A stretch of 64,000 nt of DNA from Octopus vulgaris (GCA_951406725.2 OX597838.1:20646001-20710000), one strand, 5' to 3'; positions 26,741 to 41,435 are shown, numbered from the stretch's first letter. Numbers and translations are program-made. The notes: generated by a model not told the origin, from the letters alone.

Positions 26741-28177
26741 TGTATGTATGTATGTATATATATATATGTATATATGTACGTATGTATGTATATATGTATG
26801 TATGTATATATATATGTGTATGTATATATGTATGTATGTATATATATATGTATATGTATGTATATATATATGTATATGTATGTATGTATATATATATGTA
26901 TATGTATGTATATATATATGTATATGTAAGTATGTATGTATGTATGTATATGTAAGTATGTATATATATATATATATATATATAAGTATATGTGTATTTA
27001 TGTGTATGTATATATATCTATATGTAAGTATATGTGTATTTATGTGTATGTATATATATCTATATGTAAGTATATGTGTATTTATGTGTATGTATATATA
27101 TCTATATGTAAGTATATGTGTATTTATGTGTATGTATATATATCTATATGTAAGTATATGTGTATGTATGTATATATATATATATCTGTATATGTAAGTA
27201 TATGTGTATGTATGTGTATATATATATATATCTGTATATGTAAGTATATGTGTATGTATGTGTATATATATATATATCTGTATATGTAAGTATATGTGTA
27301 TGTATGTGCATATATATATATATGCATATATACGTATGCATATATGTATGTATATATATGCATATGTACATGTATATATGTCTGCATATATGTCTGTATA
27401 TATATGCATATATATGTATATGTGCTTATATATATGTATGTATGTATATATATGTATATATGTATGTATATGTGGTTGGCGTTGGGAAGGGCAACCACAT
27501 AGAAACTCATCCAGATCAAGATTGAAACCTGGTTTGGCCATCTGTTTCGCCAGCCCTCATTCGTTCTTCCAACCCTTGCATGCATTGAAAGCGGATGTTT
27601 GATGATGATGATGATGTATATATATTTACATGTCTATATGTGTACATATATATGTATATGTGTGTGTGTATATGTATATGTGTGTGTATATATATATATA
27701 TATGTACGCGTATATTATATATATGTACGTGTATATATGTATGTGTGTATATATGCATATATCTATATGTATGTGTATGTGTGTATATATATGTATATAT
27801 TTATGTGTGTATATATATGTATATATTTATGTGTGTATATATACATGTGTCTGTATATGTATGTGTGTTATATATATGTATGTATATGTATGTGTGTTAT
27901 ATATATGTATGTATATGTATGTGTGTTATATATATGTATGTATATATTTGTGTATATAATTATGTATGTTTATATCTATGTATATATATATATATGCTGT
28001 ATGTTTATATATATATACACATGTATATGCATATATAAGTACGTATGTGTATATATATGTTGGTGTGTGTATGTATATATATATGTACGTATGTGTAAGT
28101 ATGTGTATATGTATATATGTGTATTTATGTATGTGTGTATATGTATATATATATGTATATATATATATATACACATG

Positions 28178-28208
<31 letters not shown>

Positions 28209-29307
28209 TACACAATTATGAATATACATGCTCATGTATGTATATAAATACACACATGTATATATGTGTGTGTATATTACATAGGTGTGTATGTATATAT
28301 TTATATAAATATAATGTCGAAGCGCAATGGCCTTATGGTTAGGGCAGCGGACTTGCAGTCATAGGATCGCAGTTTCGATTCCCAGACCGGGTGTTGTGAG
28401 TGTTTATTGTGCGAAAACACCCAAAGCCCCATGAGGCTCTGGCAGGGGGTAGTGACAAACCCTGCTGTACTCCTTCACCACAACTGTCTCTCAATCTATC
28501 TTTCCTGTTTCTGTTGTACCTGTATTTGAAAGGGCCAGCCTTGTAACAGTCTGTGTCACACTGAATCTTCCCTGAGAACTACGTTAAGCGTACACATGTG
28601 GAGTGCTCCGTCTCTTGCATGTGAATTTCATTAACAGGCTGTTTCGTTGATCGAATCAACCGAACCCTCGTTGTAACTGACGGAGTGCCAACAACTATAT
28701 ATATATATATATATATACGTATGTATGTATGTATGTATGTATATATATATATATATATATACGTATGTATATATATGTGTATATATATATATACGTATGT
28801 ATATATATGTGTATATATATATATGTATGTATATATATATATATATGTATGTATATATATTCAAAATGTGACCGCGTGTGTACTGTTGGTGATTTTTTTG
28901 TCCTTTGTCTTCCCTTCTCTGGATCTTTTCTTCTATGTTTCCCATGAAGAGCTCCGCTCGAAACGTTAAACCTTCCTTCTTCCCTTCCTTCCTGAGCGTC
29001 CAATAATACTATATTTGTTCCACGTCCTTGCGTTGTTGTTTTCTCTTTGTGTTTTCATGTTTGGATTAACTATGTATATATATGTATGCATGTGTATGTA
29101 TGTGTGTATGTGTATATATAATTATATGTGTATAGGTATGTATATGTATGTGTATAGGAATGTATGTGTATGTATGTATATATATGTGTGTATGTATGTA
29201 TATATGTATATATGTGTGTATGTCTATATATATATGTGTATGTATGTATATGTATGTGTATATATTTATAAATATGTATGTGCATGTATGTATATATATG
29301 TATGTGC

Positions 29308-29338
<31 letters not shown>

Positions 29339-29819
29339 TGTATGTGCATGTATATGTATATATATGTATGTGCATGTATGTATATATATGTATGTGCATG
29401 TATGTATATATATGTATGTGCATGTATGTATATATATGTATGTGCATGTATGTATATATATGTATGTGCATGTATGTATATATATGTATGTGCATGTATG
29501 TGTATGAATGTATGTATATGTATGCATATATATAAATGTGTTTGTATGTATGTATGTATATATGTATGTATATACATATATGTAAGTATGTATGTGTATG
29601 TTTGTATATATGTATGTGTATGTTTGTATATATGTGTGTATGTTTGTGTATATGTGTGTTTGTGTATATATATATGTGTATGTTTGTGTATAAATGTGTA
29701 TATATATATGTGTGTGTATGTTTGTATATATATATATATATATATGTATGTGTATGTTTGTATATATATATATATATATATGTGTGTGTATGTTTGTATA
29801 TATATGTGTGTGTATGTGT

Positions 29820-29855
<36 letters not shown>

Positions 29856-29873
29856 TATATGTACGTGTGTGTT

Positions 29874-29904
<31 letters not shown>

Positions 29905-29925
29905 GTACATATATGTACATATGTT

Positions 29926-29965
<40 letters not shown>

Positions 29966-30243
29966 TATATGTACATATGTTTGTATATATATATATATAT
30001 ATATATGTACATATATGTACATATGTTTGTATATATATATATGTACATATATGTACATATGTTTGTATATATATATATGTACATATATGTACATATGTTT
30101 GTATATATATATATATATATATATATGTACATATATGTACATATGTTTGTATATATATATATATATATATATATGTACATATATGTACATATGTTTGTAT
30201 ATATATATATATATATATATATGTACATATATGTACATATGTT

Positions 30244-30279
<36 letters not shown>

Positions 30280-30295
30280 TATATGTACATATGTT

Positions 30296-30337
<42 letters not shown>

Positions 30338-30562
30338 TAGAACGCCATGATAGATCATTAGCTCCTACACGCATTTTTTCTCTCCTTGTTTTTTTTCTGT
30401 GTATCTTTCTGTCGAGGAGCGTAGGCTCGAAACGTAAAAGACTTGTTCTATCTCTATTCCTAAGCGCCATACTAATACATTTGTTTGTTTGTATTCCACC
30501 TGCCTTCGTCTTTTGTTAATTTTCGTAAACCTTCCAGTTATATATATGTACATATATGTGTG

Positions 30563-30636
<74 letters not shown>

Positions 30637-31463
30637 CGTGTGTGTGTGTGTACATATGTGTGTATATATGTATATATATGTGTATATATATACATATGTG
30701 CATATATATATGTGTATATATATATATGTGCATATATATATGTGTATATATATATATATATATATGTGCATATATATATATATGTATATATATGTGCATA
30801 TATATATATATGTATATATATGTATATATATGTGCATATATATATATATATATATATATGTGTATATATATGTATATATGTGTATGTATGTGTATGTGTA
30901 TATATATATGTATATATATGTATATGTATATATGTATATGTATATATGTATATGTATATATGTGTATGTATATATATGTATATGTATATATGTGTATGTA
31001 TATATATATATATGTATATATATATATGTGTATGTATATATATATATGTATATATATATATGTGTATGTATATATATATATGTATATATATATATATGTG
31101 TATGTATATATATATATGTATATATATGTGTATGTATATATATATATGTATATATATGTGTATGTATATATATATATGTATATATATGTGTATGTATATA
31201 TATATATGTATATATATGTGTATGTATATATATATATGTATATATATATATGTGTATGTATATATATATATGTATATATATATATATGTATATATATGTG
31301 TATGTATATATATATATGTATATATATGTGTATGTATATATATGTGTATGTATATATATATATGTATATATATATGTGTATGTAAATATGTGTATATATA
31401 TATATATATATATGTATATGTATGTATGTATGTACATATATGTATATATATATATATATATAT
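21720..31463. repeat. Very large cluster of TA/TG compound microsatellites with higher-order units
   Basis: Blocks lie at about 21720-22420, 23060-25840, 26205-27470, 27615-28310, 28695-28860, 29070-30335 and 30540-31463, separated by short unique or repeat islands. Confidence 0.97.
28318..28692 (+). mobile_element. tRNA-headed SINE (GCGCAATGGCC..TGGTTAGGGCAGCGGAC head family)
   Basis: A box and B box (GTTTCGATTCCC) are present. The same head occurs at about 40265-40570 and 61484-61665. Confidence 0.75.
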
Positions 31464-31465
31464 AG

Positions 31466-32130
31466 CTTAGAATAATTTAGAAAGATTTTGGCCCGTATTG
31501 CCCAGGTCATGTGTAACTTAATAGCGCCTCCTGGCAAAATCTTTTAATTCAGGATTTGGGCACCAAGGCCGATTTGAGAAGAGAGTTATTGTTTGCAAAG
31601 ATATATCCGGGTGAGGGCGGTTTGTCCGGGATTGCTTGGTGGAATTTGTCCAAAGACTTCTTGAATTTTATGTGGTCAATTTCTGTTTTGACGTGTCCTG
31701 GTGTAATGCTGAAGAGAGCAGGCTCCAATTGAGGTGAAATAATTGTGCCGTATTGTTGTTATGAGATGCGATATAGATTTTTGTTGTGGACGGATGGCAT
31801 GGGGTCCAAGTCGTGGATGTATTTTGAAGGTGATGCCAACATCATTTGGATAGTGCTGATGGAATATTTTCCACATCATACAAATAATGTTGTGTACACA
31901 GTGTCGTTGGAGTGAATAAAGTTTCAGCTTTTCTAGTCGACCCCAGTAGTCGAGGTCTCTCATGCCATCTATCTTTTTCGTGATTGACCTTTGGGGAGCT
32001 TCAATTTTCATAATATTTTGTTTCGTGTAGGGAGACCATAGTGGATAGCAGTATTCAAGGTGTGGTCGGGCAATAGTGAAGAGAAGGATAATGGTGTGGG
32101 AATCTCGACTGGAAGGTTCTGAGAATCCAG
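31466..32130 (-). mobile_element. Decayed CR1/L2-group LINE 3' fragment
   Basis: ORF 31676-32155 contains ARPHLEYCYPLWSPY...IEAPQR..TK.I.GM.DLDYW.RL.KLKLYSLQR, the typical CR1-group post-RT motif, and is frameshifted toward its end. Confidence 0.85.
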
Positions 32131-34030
32131 GAACACATTCTGTGGGCCATGTCAACTTTGCTGCTTATTTGTGTAGCCCAGCTTCTGTTGTTGGCCACAG
32201 TTACTCCCAAGTCTCTGATGTTGTTAGATGCCATGAGAATTTCACCAGAAGAAAGGGAGTATGGGAGTTTCAGAGCGTCCTCCCTTCCAAAGTGGATCAG
32301 TTCGAACTGTCAAGCAGCAGTGGTGGTCAAACCCAGTCATGGTTACACACACACACACAGACACAAATAAATATATACATATATATGATGGGCTTTTTTC
32401 AGTTTCCATCTATCAGATCCACTCTCAAGGCTTTGGTCAGCCTGATGCTATAAGGCTATAGTAGAAGACTCACCATCTCACTACATGAGAATGAACCTGG
32501 AACCATGTAGTTGGAGGCAAGCTTCTTACCACACAGCCACACCTCCACACCTCAAATTAATCAACTGAAACCTGAAAGCTGTTCTCTGCATGGCGACAGT
32601 CCAAAGATTGAAACCAGTAAAAGAAATTTTTCAGCCTCGCCTGGCCCCTGTGCCGGTGACACGTAAAAGCACCATCCGTTTCGTGGCCGTTTGCCAGCTC
32701 TGTCTGGCCCCCGTGCCGGTGACACGTAAAAGCACCATCCGTTCGTGGCCGTTTGCCAACTGCGGGTGGCACGTAAAAAGCACCCACTACACTCACGGAG
32801 TGGTTGGCGTTAGGAAGGGCATCCAGCCGTAGAAGCACTGCCAGATCTGACTGGGCCTGATGAAGCCTTCCAGCTTCACAGACCCCAGTTGAACCGTCCA
32901 ACCCATGCTAGCATGGAAAACGGACGCTAAATGATGATGATATATCTATAGGTGAAGTTTAAATTGTGACCTTCATGGCTTTCCTAAGTAGGTTAGTGAC
33001 TATTGGAAAGACATTACTGGTTTATGAGTAACTTCCTGCCATTAGTGAACATCTGTTCAATTATAGACCTGTCTGCGTTTTTATTATCTTCTAGTGTGTT
33101 TATATAGGTGTATGTATGTATGTGATATAATTTACGAGAAAGTTCTGTATGTATGTGCATATACATGTCACTAATCTATGAAAAACCATTATGAAACTGT
33201 CAGCCACTTAACTAGGAAATTTTGTCCCGTGAATTTAGATTGAGTGTATGGTGGGTATATATGTGTGTATTATATGTGTGATATGTATCGTAATGCATAT
33301 TTACATATGCCAGCTGCTGTTAAACCAGTCAACATATGCCAGCATGAAAGGAGGATATTAAATGATGTATATGTAGGAACACAAAATGAAGATAAGAGTA
33401 CTCAATACTGAAAGTAGAGTGATATGATTTATATGCAGTTGAAGCTTTATAAATCACTCCTCGGGCATTAATAAATTATATTAGTATTTAATAGAAGCTG
33501 AAATTATATATGCATGTTCTTGGTTTAAAAATATCATTTTTACTCTTTTACTTGTTTCAGTCATTTGACTGTGGCCATGCTGGAGCACCGCCTTCTGCCC
33601 GACAATTCAAAAGATGATACTTGAAATTTTATTACAAACGTTTCAGTTTTTAAGTTATTACTTTGTGTAACATAGTGAATATGTTCTTTGTTGGTTTTTT
33701 TTTTTTGTATGAATTAATATATCGTTTTTAATGTGTACTTTTCCATGCTTGACAAATCCGATGGAATTTATTGAGGCAGATTGCCTATAGTTGGATACCC
33801 TTCCCGTCATTAATCCTTGTTTCCAAGCGAGGTATTTACTTGTTTCAGTCATGTGACTGTGGCCATGCTGGAGCACCGCCTTTAGTCGAGCAAATCAACC
33901 CCAGGACTTATTCTTTGTAAGCCTGGTACTTATTCTATCAGTCTCTTTTGCCGAACTGCTAAGTTACATGGATGTAAACACACCAGCATCGGTTGTCAAA
34001 CGATATTGGGGGGACAAACATTTGCACACA

Positions 34031-34111
<81 letters not shown>

Positions 34112-35292
34112 GACGGGCTTCTTTCAGTTTCCGTCTACCAAATCCACTCACAAGACTTTGGTTGACCTGAGGCTATAGTAGAAGACACTTGCCCAAGGTG
34201 CTACGCAGTGGGACTGAACACGGAATCATGTGGTTCGTAAGCAAGCTACTTACCACACAGCCACTCCTATGCCTCTAAACTAGACATAATTCTGCTGTGA
34301 ACAGGAAGCAAAACAACTCTGAACAAACCTATTGTGCATGTAAAAGTGATGGTGATGATAATATAGTTTTTTTTCTTCTGTCAAAAATCTACTTCTATCT
34401 CACTTTCTCTGCCATCCTATGTATTCTTTCACATTATAGTTCTAGTTAGCCTTCTATATCGTAGATCTTTTTCTTTCCATCTCTCCCTTTTCTTTATCAC
34501 TTATGCTCTGTCTGTCTGTCATTGTGTGTATATTTTTTTCTGATTTTGTGTAAATGTGTATAGAATAATATATCAGTTGAATAAAGTTAAAACATGATCT
34601 GGTTTTCACGTTTTAAAATCCAAGAGGTTTCAAAGAGCGCAAGCCTCTGCCAAAGTAACATCAATGTCCTCTCAACGATTAGCCAGAGATGATTTTTAAA
34701 ATGAGAATATCTGAAATAAACTCAACTACTCACACAAATGAGAATACTAAAAGTGAACCTGACTGCTCTCAAAAATTAAGTTAAAAAAACAGGAACAAAA
34801 TCCAGAATCCTTGTCCGGTACTGGATCGATCCCCAAATCAAATCAGTTTGTGCCAGTCACAAGGCCAAACTTCCCTGAAAGTTTCATCCAAATTCATCCA
34901 GCGGTTCTTGAGATATCTTGTCCATGGACAAACAAACAAATGTAACTGAAAAGAATACCTCTACCTTTGCTAAGGCAGAGGTAATAATAAAAAGCATGAA
35001 AACCAGACTGTATTTTAACTTTATTCAACTGATCCACACACACACACACAGGTGTAGGCATAGCTGTATGGTGAGAAGCTTGTTTCTCAACTGTACAGTT
35101 TCATTTCAGTCCCACAGCATGGCAAGTGCCTTCTGCTATAAGCCTCAGGCCAACCAGAGCCTTATGAGTGGATTTGGAAGATGGAAACTGAAAGAAACCC
35201 ATTATGTGTGTGTGTGTCTGTGTTTGTGTGTTTATGTCCTCGTAATGTAGCAGTTGGGCAAAAGAGACCAATAGAATTAGTACCCGGCTTAA

Positions 35293-35507
35293 CCCTTTAG
35301 TATTTAAATCGGCCATATCCGGCCAAAATAGTTAACCTGTTTTATGTTCAAACTGATCAGATCCGGGCTCTCACACCTACCCTACAATGCTATTCTACAT
35401 TAAGTAATTACACCATCAAGATATTGAAGATATGAGATAATGCATGATTAATTCAAATCAATGGGAATCAATAGGCATTATGTTTGAATAATCTGAACAC
35501 TAAAGGG
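35293..35507. mobile_element. TTAA-flanked piggyBac-like MITE nested inside a family-A SINE
   Basis: TTAA-CCCTTTAGT...ACTAAAGGG termini interrupt the SINE 3' part, which resumes at about 35527. Confidence 0.7.
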
Positions 35508-37857
35508 TTTAAAAAAAAAAATTTTAATAAGTACTGGGGTTGATATATTTGACTAAATTCTTCAAGGCAGTGCCCCAGCATGGCCACAATCTAATGACTG
35601 AGACAAGTAAAAGATAAAAGATACATATATATGTATCTTCTTCTCTCACTTTGTCCTTCATTCCCCCCTCTTTTTTATTTTCCCTAACCTATTACTGGCT
35701 GGCAGCTGGTTATTTTCCCTTTGTCTATGTCTACCACAATGTCAATCACCCACTTATCAAATACAACCTATCTGTATAATACTTACTCTTCCACCTCCCT
35801 CACAACTCTGATCCCTCGACTACCACCTGACATAATTAGCAAACAAAACATTACATAGGCTTTGTAGGACATATTTTTGTTTAAAGTTGATGATTCATGC
35901 GAGAGAGTTCCCCGTCCTTTAAAGCAACTCTGCGCATGTGTGCAAACACACACACACAAATCCTTTGTACATATATTTACCTATAGATACTTTGTGTGTG
36001 TGTATTCTGTTATTTTGTTGCTTGTTTCAGTCATTTGACTGTGGCCATGCTGGAGCACCTCCTTTAGTCGAGCAAATCGACCACAGGACTTATTCTTTGT
36101 AAGCCTAGTGCTTATTCTATCGGTGTCTTTTGCCGAACCGCTAAGTTACAGGGACGTAAACACACCAGCATCGGTTGTCAAGCAATGTTGGGGGGAACAA
36201 ACACAGACACACAAACATGTACACATACATGCATGCATGCATACATACATACATACGACAGGCTTCTTTCAGTTTCTGTCTACCAAATCCACTCACAAGG
36301 CTTTGGTAACCCTGAGGCTATAGTAGAAGACACTTGCCCAAGGTGCCATGCAGTTAGACTGAACCTGGAACCATGTGGTTGGTAAGCAAGCTACTTACCA
36401 CACAGCCACTCCTGCACCTATTTGTAACATATTAAGCTTAGTTAATTCAACTCAATCTATTTCTTTAGAAAGCTTTGTATACCAAGTAAAAATTGGAAAA
36501 GGACCGAACCCTTTGCTCTCCTTTGTATTACATGTGATACTCACGACTTATTTTCCCTGGTGTCCATGTATCATATATATGACACACTCTCCTAATTTTG
36601 TTTCAACCACCAGAGTAACTTGAAACTTATGCAAGGAAAACTTTATATTACTCAGAACCTATGAAACGGGGGCAAACTAAATTCTGAAAACAGGAGTGGA
36701 ATTTTAGGGCAAACTTATGAAAATACTCTGACGTAAATGTATATCCACTTATGCAATGTTGTGATAATGTATGTTGTTTTATAAACTAAGCAATCTTATA
36801 TAATTATCTCTGTTTGTCTTTTCCTCTCCCCAGAAGCTTTCTCTTTGGTAATACTATCCGGTTGGCTAAGTTTCTCATATTTTTTGATCTCATAATTTAT
36901 TTGTTATGACAAGGTTGTGTGTGTCCTAGGTCATTACAGTTAAAGACTGGGTATATTTTGAATGACTCCTTATATATATCTGCTTTAATCTTCTAAAAAC
37001 AACAAAATTAACATTTCCAAGCATGACTTGAGATTTACATAAACTGGTGTGTTGAGGGTTATGTTATCTTGTACATCTCTCTTCAGCCCTTTAGCTTTCA
37101 GCTTAATCTAACCAACCAATGGAATGCTTTTTAACCACATTGTTTTGAATTAATCATGTATTCATTATCTCATTGCTTCAGAATTTTGATGTAGGCTAAG
37201 ACATTGAGTAGCTAGATTTGGCTGGTTTGAACATAAAGCGGGTAGAATATTAGGGCTAGATGTTGCCAGTTTAATTGCTAAAGTTTTCTTCATTAGCATA
37301 TGTGTGTATGTGACAAAGCACCATCCGTTCGTGGCCGTTTGCCAGCTCTGTCTGGCCCCGTGTCGGTGGCACGTAAAAGCACCATCCGTTCGTATCCGTT
37401 GCCAGCATTGCCTGGCCCTGTGCCGGTGACACGTAAAAGCACCATCCGTTTGTGACCGTTTGCCAGCTCTGTCTGGCACCTGTGCGGGTGGCACGTAAAA
37501 AGCACCCACTACACTCACGGAGTGGTTGGCGTTAGGAAGGGCATCCAGCCGTAGAAACACTGCCAGATCTGACTGGGCCTGACGAAGCCTTCCAGCTTCA
37601 CAGACCCCAGTTGAACTGTCCAACCCATGCTAGCATGGAAAACGGACGCTAAAAAATGATGATGATGATGATGATATATATTTGCATATAGTCGCAGGAG
37701 TGGCTGTGTGGTAAGTAGCTTGCTTACCAACCACATGGTTCCGGGTTCAGTCCCACTGCGTGGAACCTTGGGCAAGTGTCTTCTACTATAGCCTCGGGCC
37801 AACCAAAGCCTTGTGAGTGGATTTGGTAAATGGAAACTGAAAGAAGCCCGACGTGTA

Positions 37858-37901
<44 letters not shown>

Positions 37902-38498
37902 TGTGTGTCTGTGTTTGTCCCCCCAACATCGCTTGACAACTGATGCTGGTGTGTTTACGTCCCCTTCCCTTAGTGGTTTGGCAAAAGAACCCCGATAGAA
38001 TAAGTACTAGGCTTACAAAGAATAAGTCCTGGGGTCGATTCGCTCGACTAAATGCGGTGCTCCAGCATGGCTGCAGTCAAATGACTGAAACAAATCAACA
38101 AATAAAAGAATATATATCTGTATATATTTGCGTGTATATATGAGAGCAAGAGCTCTCAGGTATAGTCCAGATTCTGGCTAATCACACCAAGCAGTAAGAA
38201 GCACCAAAGATCGTGTAGGGTGAACAACCCCACTGTGAGTCTTCTAAGAATTCACTCTGCTGAATTATGAATATTTGCAGGAGTGTAAATCCAAAACAAT
38301 TAAAAAGAATACAGAGCCTGATAGATTTTCAACTTTTTCTTTTAATTTAAAAGTTAATTATGCAGCATAATTAGTTAGTTGGTCATTCTAACTTACTAAT
38401 TATGCTGTATAATTAATTGTTAAATTAAATGAAAAATTTGAAATTGTATCAACCTCTCTATTCTTCATAATTGTTTTCAGTTTGTGTGTGTATATATC

Positions 38499-38567
<69 letters not shown>

Positions 38568-38578
38568 GTGGTGTTAAT

Positions 38579-38697
38579 TATTTGCTTATTTAATCTCAAT
38601 TCAAAACTATTTGCTTATTTAATCTCAATTCAAAACTATTTGCTTATTTAATCTCAATTCAAAACTATTTGCTTATTTAATCTCAATTCAAAACTAT
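38579..38697. repeat. Tandem array, 4 x 29 bp
   Basis: TATTTGCTTATTTAATCTCAATTCAAAAC is repeated four times. Confidence 0.95.
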
Positions 38698-39819
38698 GAG
38701 TAAAATTAATTTTTTAAATGGTGCAACATTCATTAGCATAATTCCATTGTTGGCAGTGTTAAACAAAGCCACAGAAATTAATATTAATTAATTGAGTAAT
38801 CTTTTAGAAAAAAAATTATTTTAATATTTAATATATTTGTGGTGGTGAGCTGGTAGAGTCTTTACTGCATCAGGCAAAATGCTTAGCAGCATTTCGTCTG
38901 TCTTTACATTCTGAGTTCAAATTCTGCTGAGGTTGACTTTGCCTTTCATCCTTTCGGGGTCAATTAAATAAGTACCAATTACGCACTGGGGTTGATGTAA
39001 TCAACTTAAACCCTTTCTCTGTCCTTGTTTGTCCCCTCTGTATTTAACCTCCTGTGGGCAATAAACAGATATTTGAATTTGAGAAGGTGGCAAGCTGGCA
39101 GAATTGTTAGCATGCTGGGTGAAATGCTTAGTGGCATTTCATCTGTCTTTGTGTTCTGAGTTCAAATTCCACCAAGGTTGACTTTGTCTTTCATCCTTTC
39201 AGGGTTGATAAATTAAGTACCATTTGCGTACTGGGGTCGATCTAATCGACTGGCCACCTCCCCCAAAATTTCAGGCCTTGTGCCTAGAGTAGAAAAGAAT
39301 ATTTGAATCGGAGCAAGTACGAAATAATACTTGAATTTGAACAGGCGGCAGTTGACTGAAGTACCATATTTTCTGGCATATATTTTGATGTAGTATATTG
39401 TGTAAACAATCAAACATCCGCAAATCTCTTTCCAAATCCTGCTGCATTTCACATTGAATTTTTGCTCCTCCAAAGTTGTCTTGCTGTATAAGTTGAGCTA
39501 CTTCAAAAATTTTTCCTTTTTTTTAATGTAAATTTGATTTCTTTGAAAAATTTGACTTTTTTGCTGAAAGTGGTACGTTTTGTAGCAAGCATGATGGTGA
39601 GAATGAAAATAGTTATGTGTATGCAATTATACTGTAAGATCAATGCTTCTCAACTGGGATTCCACAAAAGGTTCCTAGGGGTTCTGCAAGAAAGAGTGAG
39701 ATAAGCTAATGCTAATTTCATGATGGTAATATTACTACACATGCACAACATATTATTTGTTATTGTCATATATACATCATCCTATCTAACCTATTATGTT
39801 ATCAAAAAAATATAACAAC

Positions 39820-39853
<34 letters not shown>

Positions 39854-40928
39854 TACATACATACATACACACATACATATATACACACACACACGTGTGT
39901 TTTTGATGTTTGTGTCAAAAGGTTAGTGTTTGCTGATGGCTTCTTTGAAGGAGTGTTCTTGTTTTGAAGATAGGAGGAAATGGAGGGGGAGAGATAAAAG
40001 AAAACACCATAGACACTGGACTGCATTGTTCACATTTATAACTTTTGTTTTTTCCTGCTAGTTTCATACTTAAACTATTATTGTTTGAGTTGTTTGTGTG
40101 GTACTTATATTTCCTTAGGCGTATGGTATCCGTTGTTGTCGTTGTTGGTAATCCTAGATCAAAAGTTGGCAAGCAGGCCTTTTAGAAGAGACATTCCAAC
40201 TGTGACCATCTCATCTTTTATTTTTACAATGTATTGAAATATGTCATTGTATCTAATATTTTTGTGGAGGCACAATGGCCCAGTGGTTAGGGCAGTGGAC
40301 TCGCGGTCGGAGGATCGCAGTTTCGATTCCCAGATCGGGCGTTGTGTGTGTTTATTGAGCGAAAACACCTAAAGCTCAATGAGGCTCCAGCAGGGGGTGG
40401 TGACGACCCCTGTTGTACTCTTTCACCCCAACTTTCTCTCACTCTTTCCTGTTTCTTGAGTAATGCTGCGATGGACTGGTGTCCTGTCCAGCTGGGGGGG
40501 GGAACACATACACCATAGAGACCGGGAAACTGGGCCCATGAGCCTGGCTAGGCTTGAAAAGGGCGCATAGATAAAATCTAATATTTTATTATCCAATATC
40601 TCGACCTCCCCCTTTTTTCCTTTCAAAATAATACTTTGTGATTTTAAGGAGATTTGCTTGTTGCTCTTGCTATTTCTCACAGGTCAAACAACTGCAAAAA
40701 ATAAATACTGGGGTCAGTTCGTTTGACAAAAAGTTCTTCAAGGCAGAGCCGCAGCATGGCCACAGTCTAATGCCTGAAATGCCATAAGTTTGTCTTGAAT
40801 TAATCTTGCATTATCTTGTAGCTTTCAAGTTTTGTTGGTTGTTTATTTTCAGAACAACACTGTTGGGTGCAGGATCTGATTCACACATCAAATATGTAGA
40901 ATATTTGGGCCAGATATTGCTGCTTTAA

Positions 40929-41146
40929 CCCTTTAGCATTTAAACTGGCCATATCCGGCCCAAATATGCTTCCTGTTTTATGTTCTAACCATCCAGATCA
41001 AGCCTACCATACCTACCCTTCAATGCCATTATAAAATATAGTCACATCATCAAAATTTCAAAGCTGCAAAATAATGCAGGATTAATTTTAAAACAATTTG
41101 AATTAAAAAGTGTTACATTTGACAGAATAATCTGAATGCTAAAGGG
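40929..41146. mobile_element. TTAA-flanked piggyBac-like MITE (CCCTTTAGCATT...AATGCTAAAGGG)
   Basis: TIRs with TTAA on both sides. Relatives lie at about 41440-41656, 42715-42918, 57020-57237 and 20115-20280. Confidence 0.8.
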
Positions 41147-41215
41147 TTAAAATGCTAATGAGTTGTAATATTAGCAAGAAATTTTAAAGGAATGTTTTAA
41201 ATTAGATTACTTTAA

Positions 41216-41435
41216 CCCTTTCGTTACCAACTTGGCTGAAACCATCTCTGGCTCTGTAGTACAAATGTCTTGTTTTCATAAGTTTTGAATTAAAATCTTC
41301 CACCAAACCTTAGTCACGATTTATGTTCCTGACACTAGCTGAATGGTAACTAAAATATTTTACTAAATTCTTTGTTATATTTAAAGTAATTGAAAGAAAC
41401 ACAGAGCATCTCAAAATAAATACGGTAACGAAAGG
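41216..41435. mobile_element. Second TTAA MITE family (CCCTTTCGTTAC...GTAACGAAAGGG)
   Basis: TIRs are visible. Other copies lie at 42302-42506 and, in the opposite orientation, at 52860-53231 and 59834-60390. Confidence 0.8.

Noticed and set aside
21700-31540. Long ORFs (up to 521 aa) of Y/I/H/T or M/Y/V/C
   Set aside because: They are translations of TA/TG microsatellites, open in several frames on both strands, with no protein-like content.
36834-36847. Possible 14-nt microexon (strong pyrimidine tract, ccccag|...ttg|gtaata)
   Set aside because: It would shift the frame, the donor is weak, and the two SSU72 exons already join with no gap.
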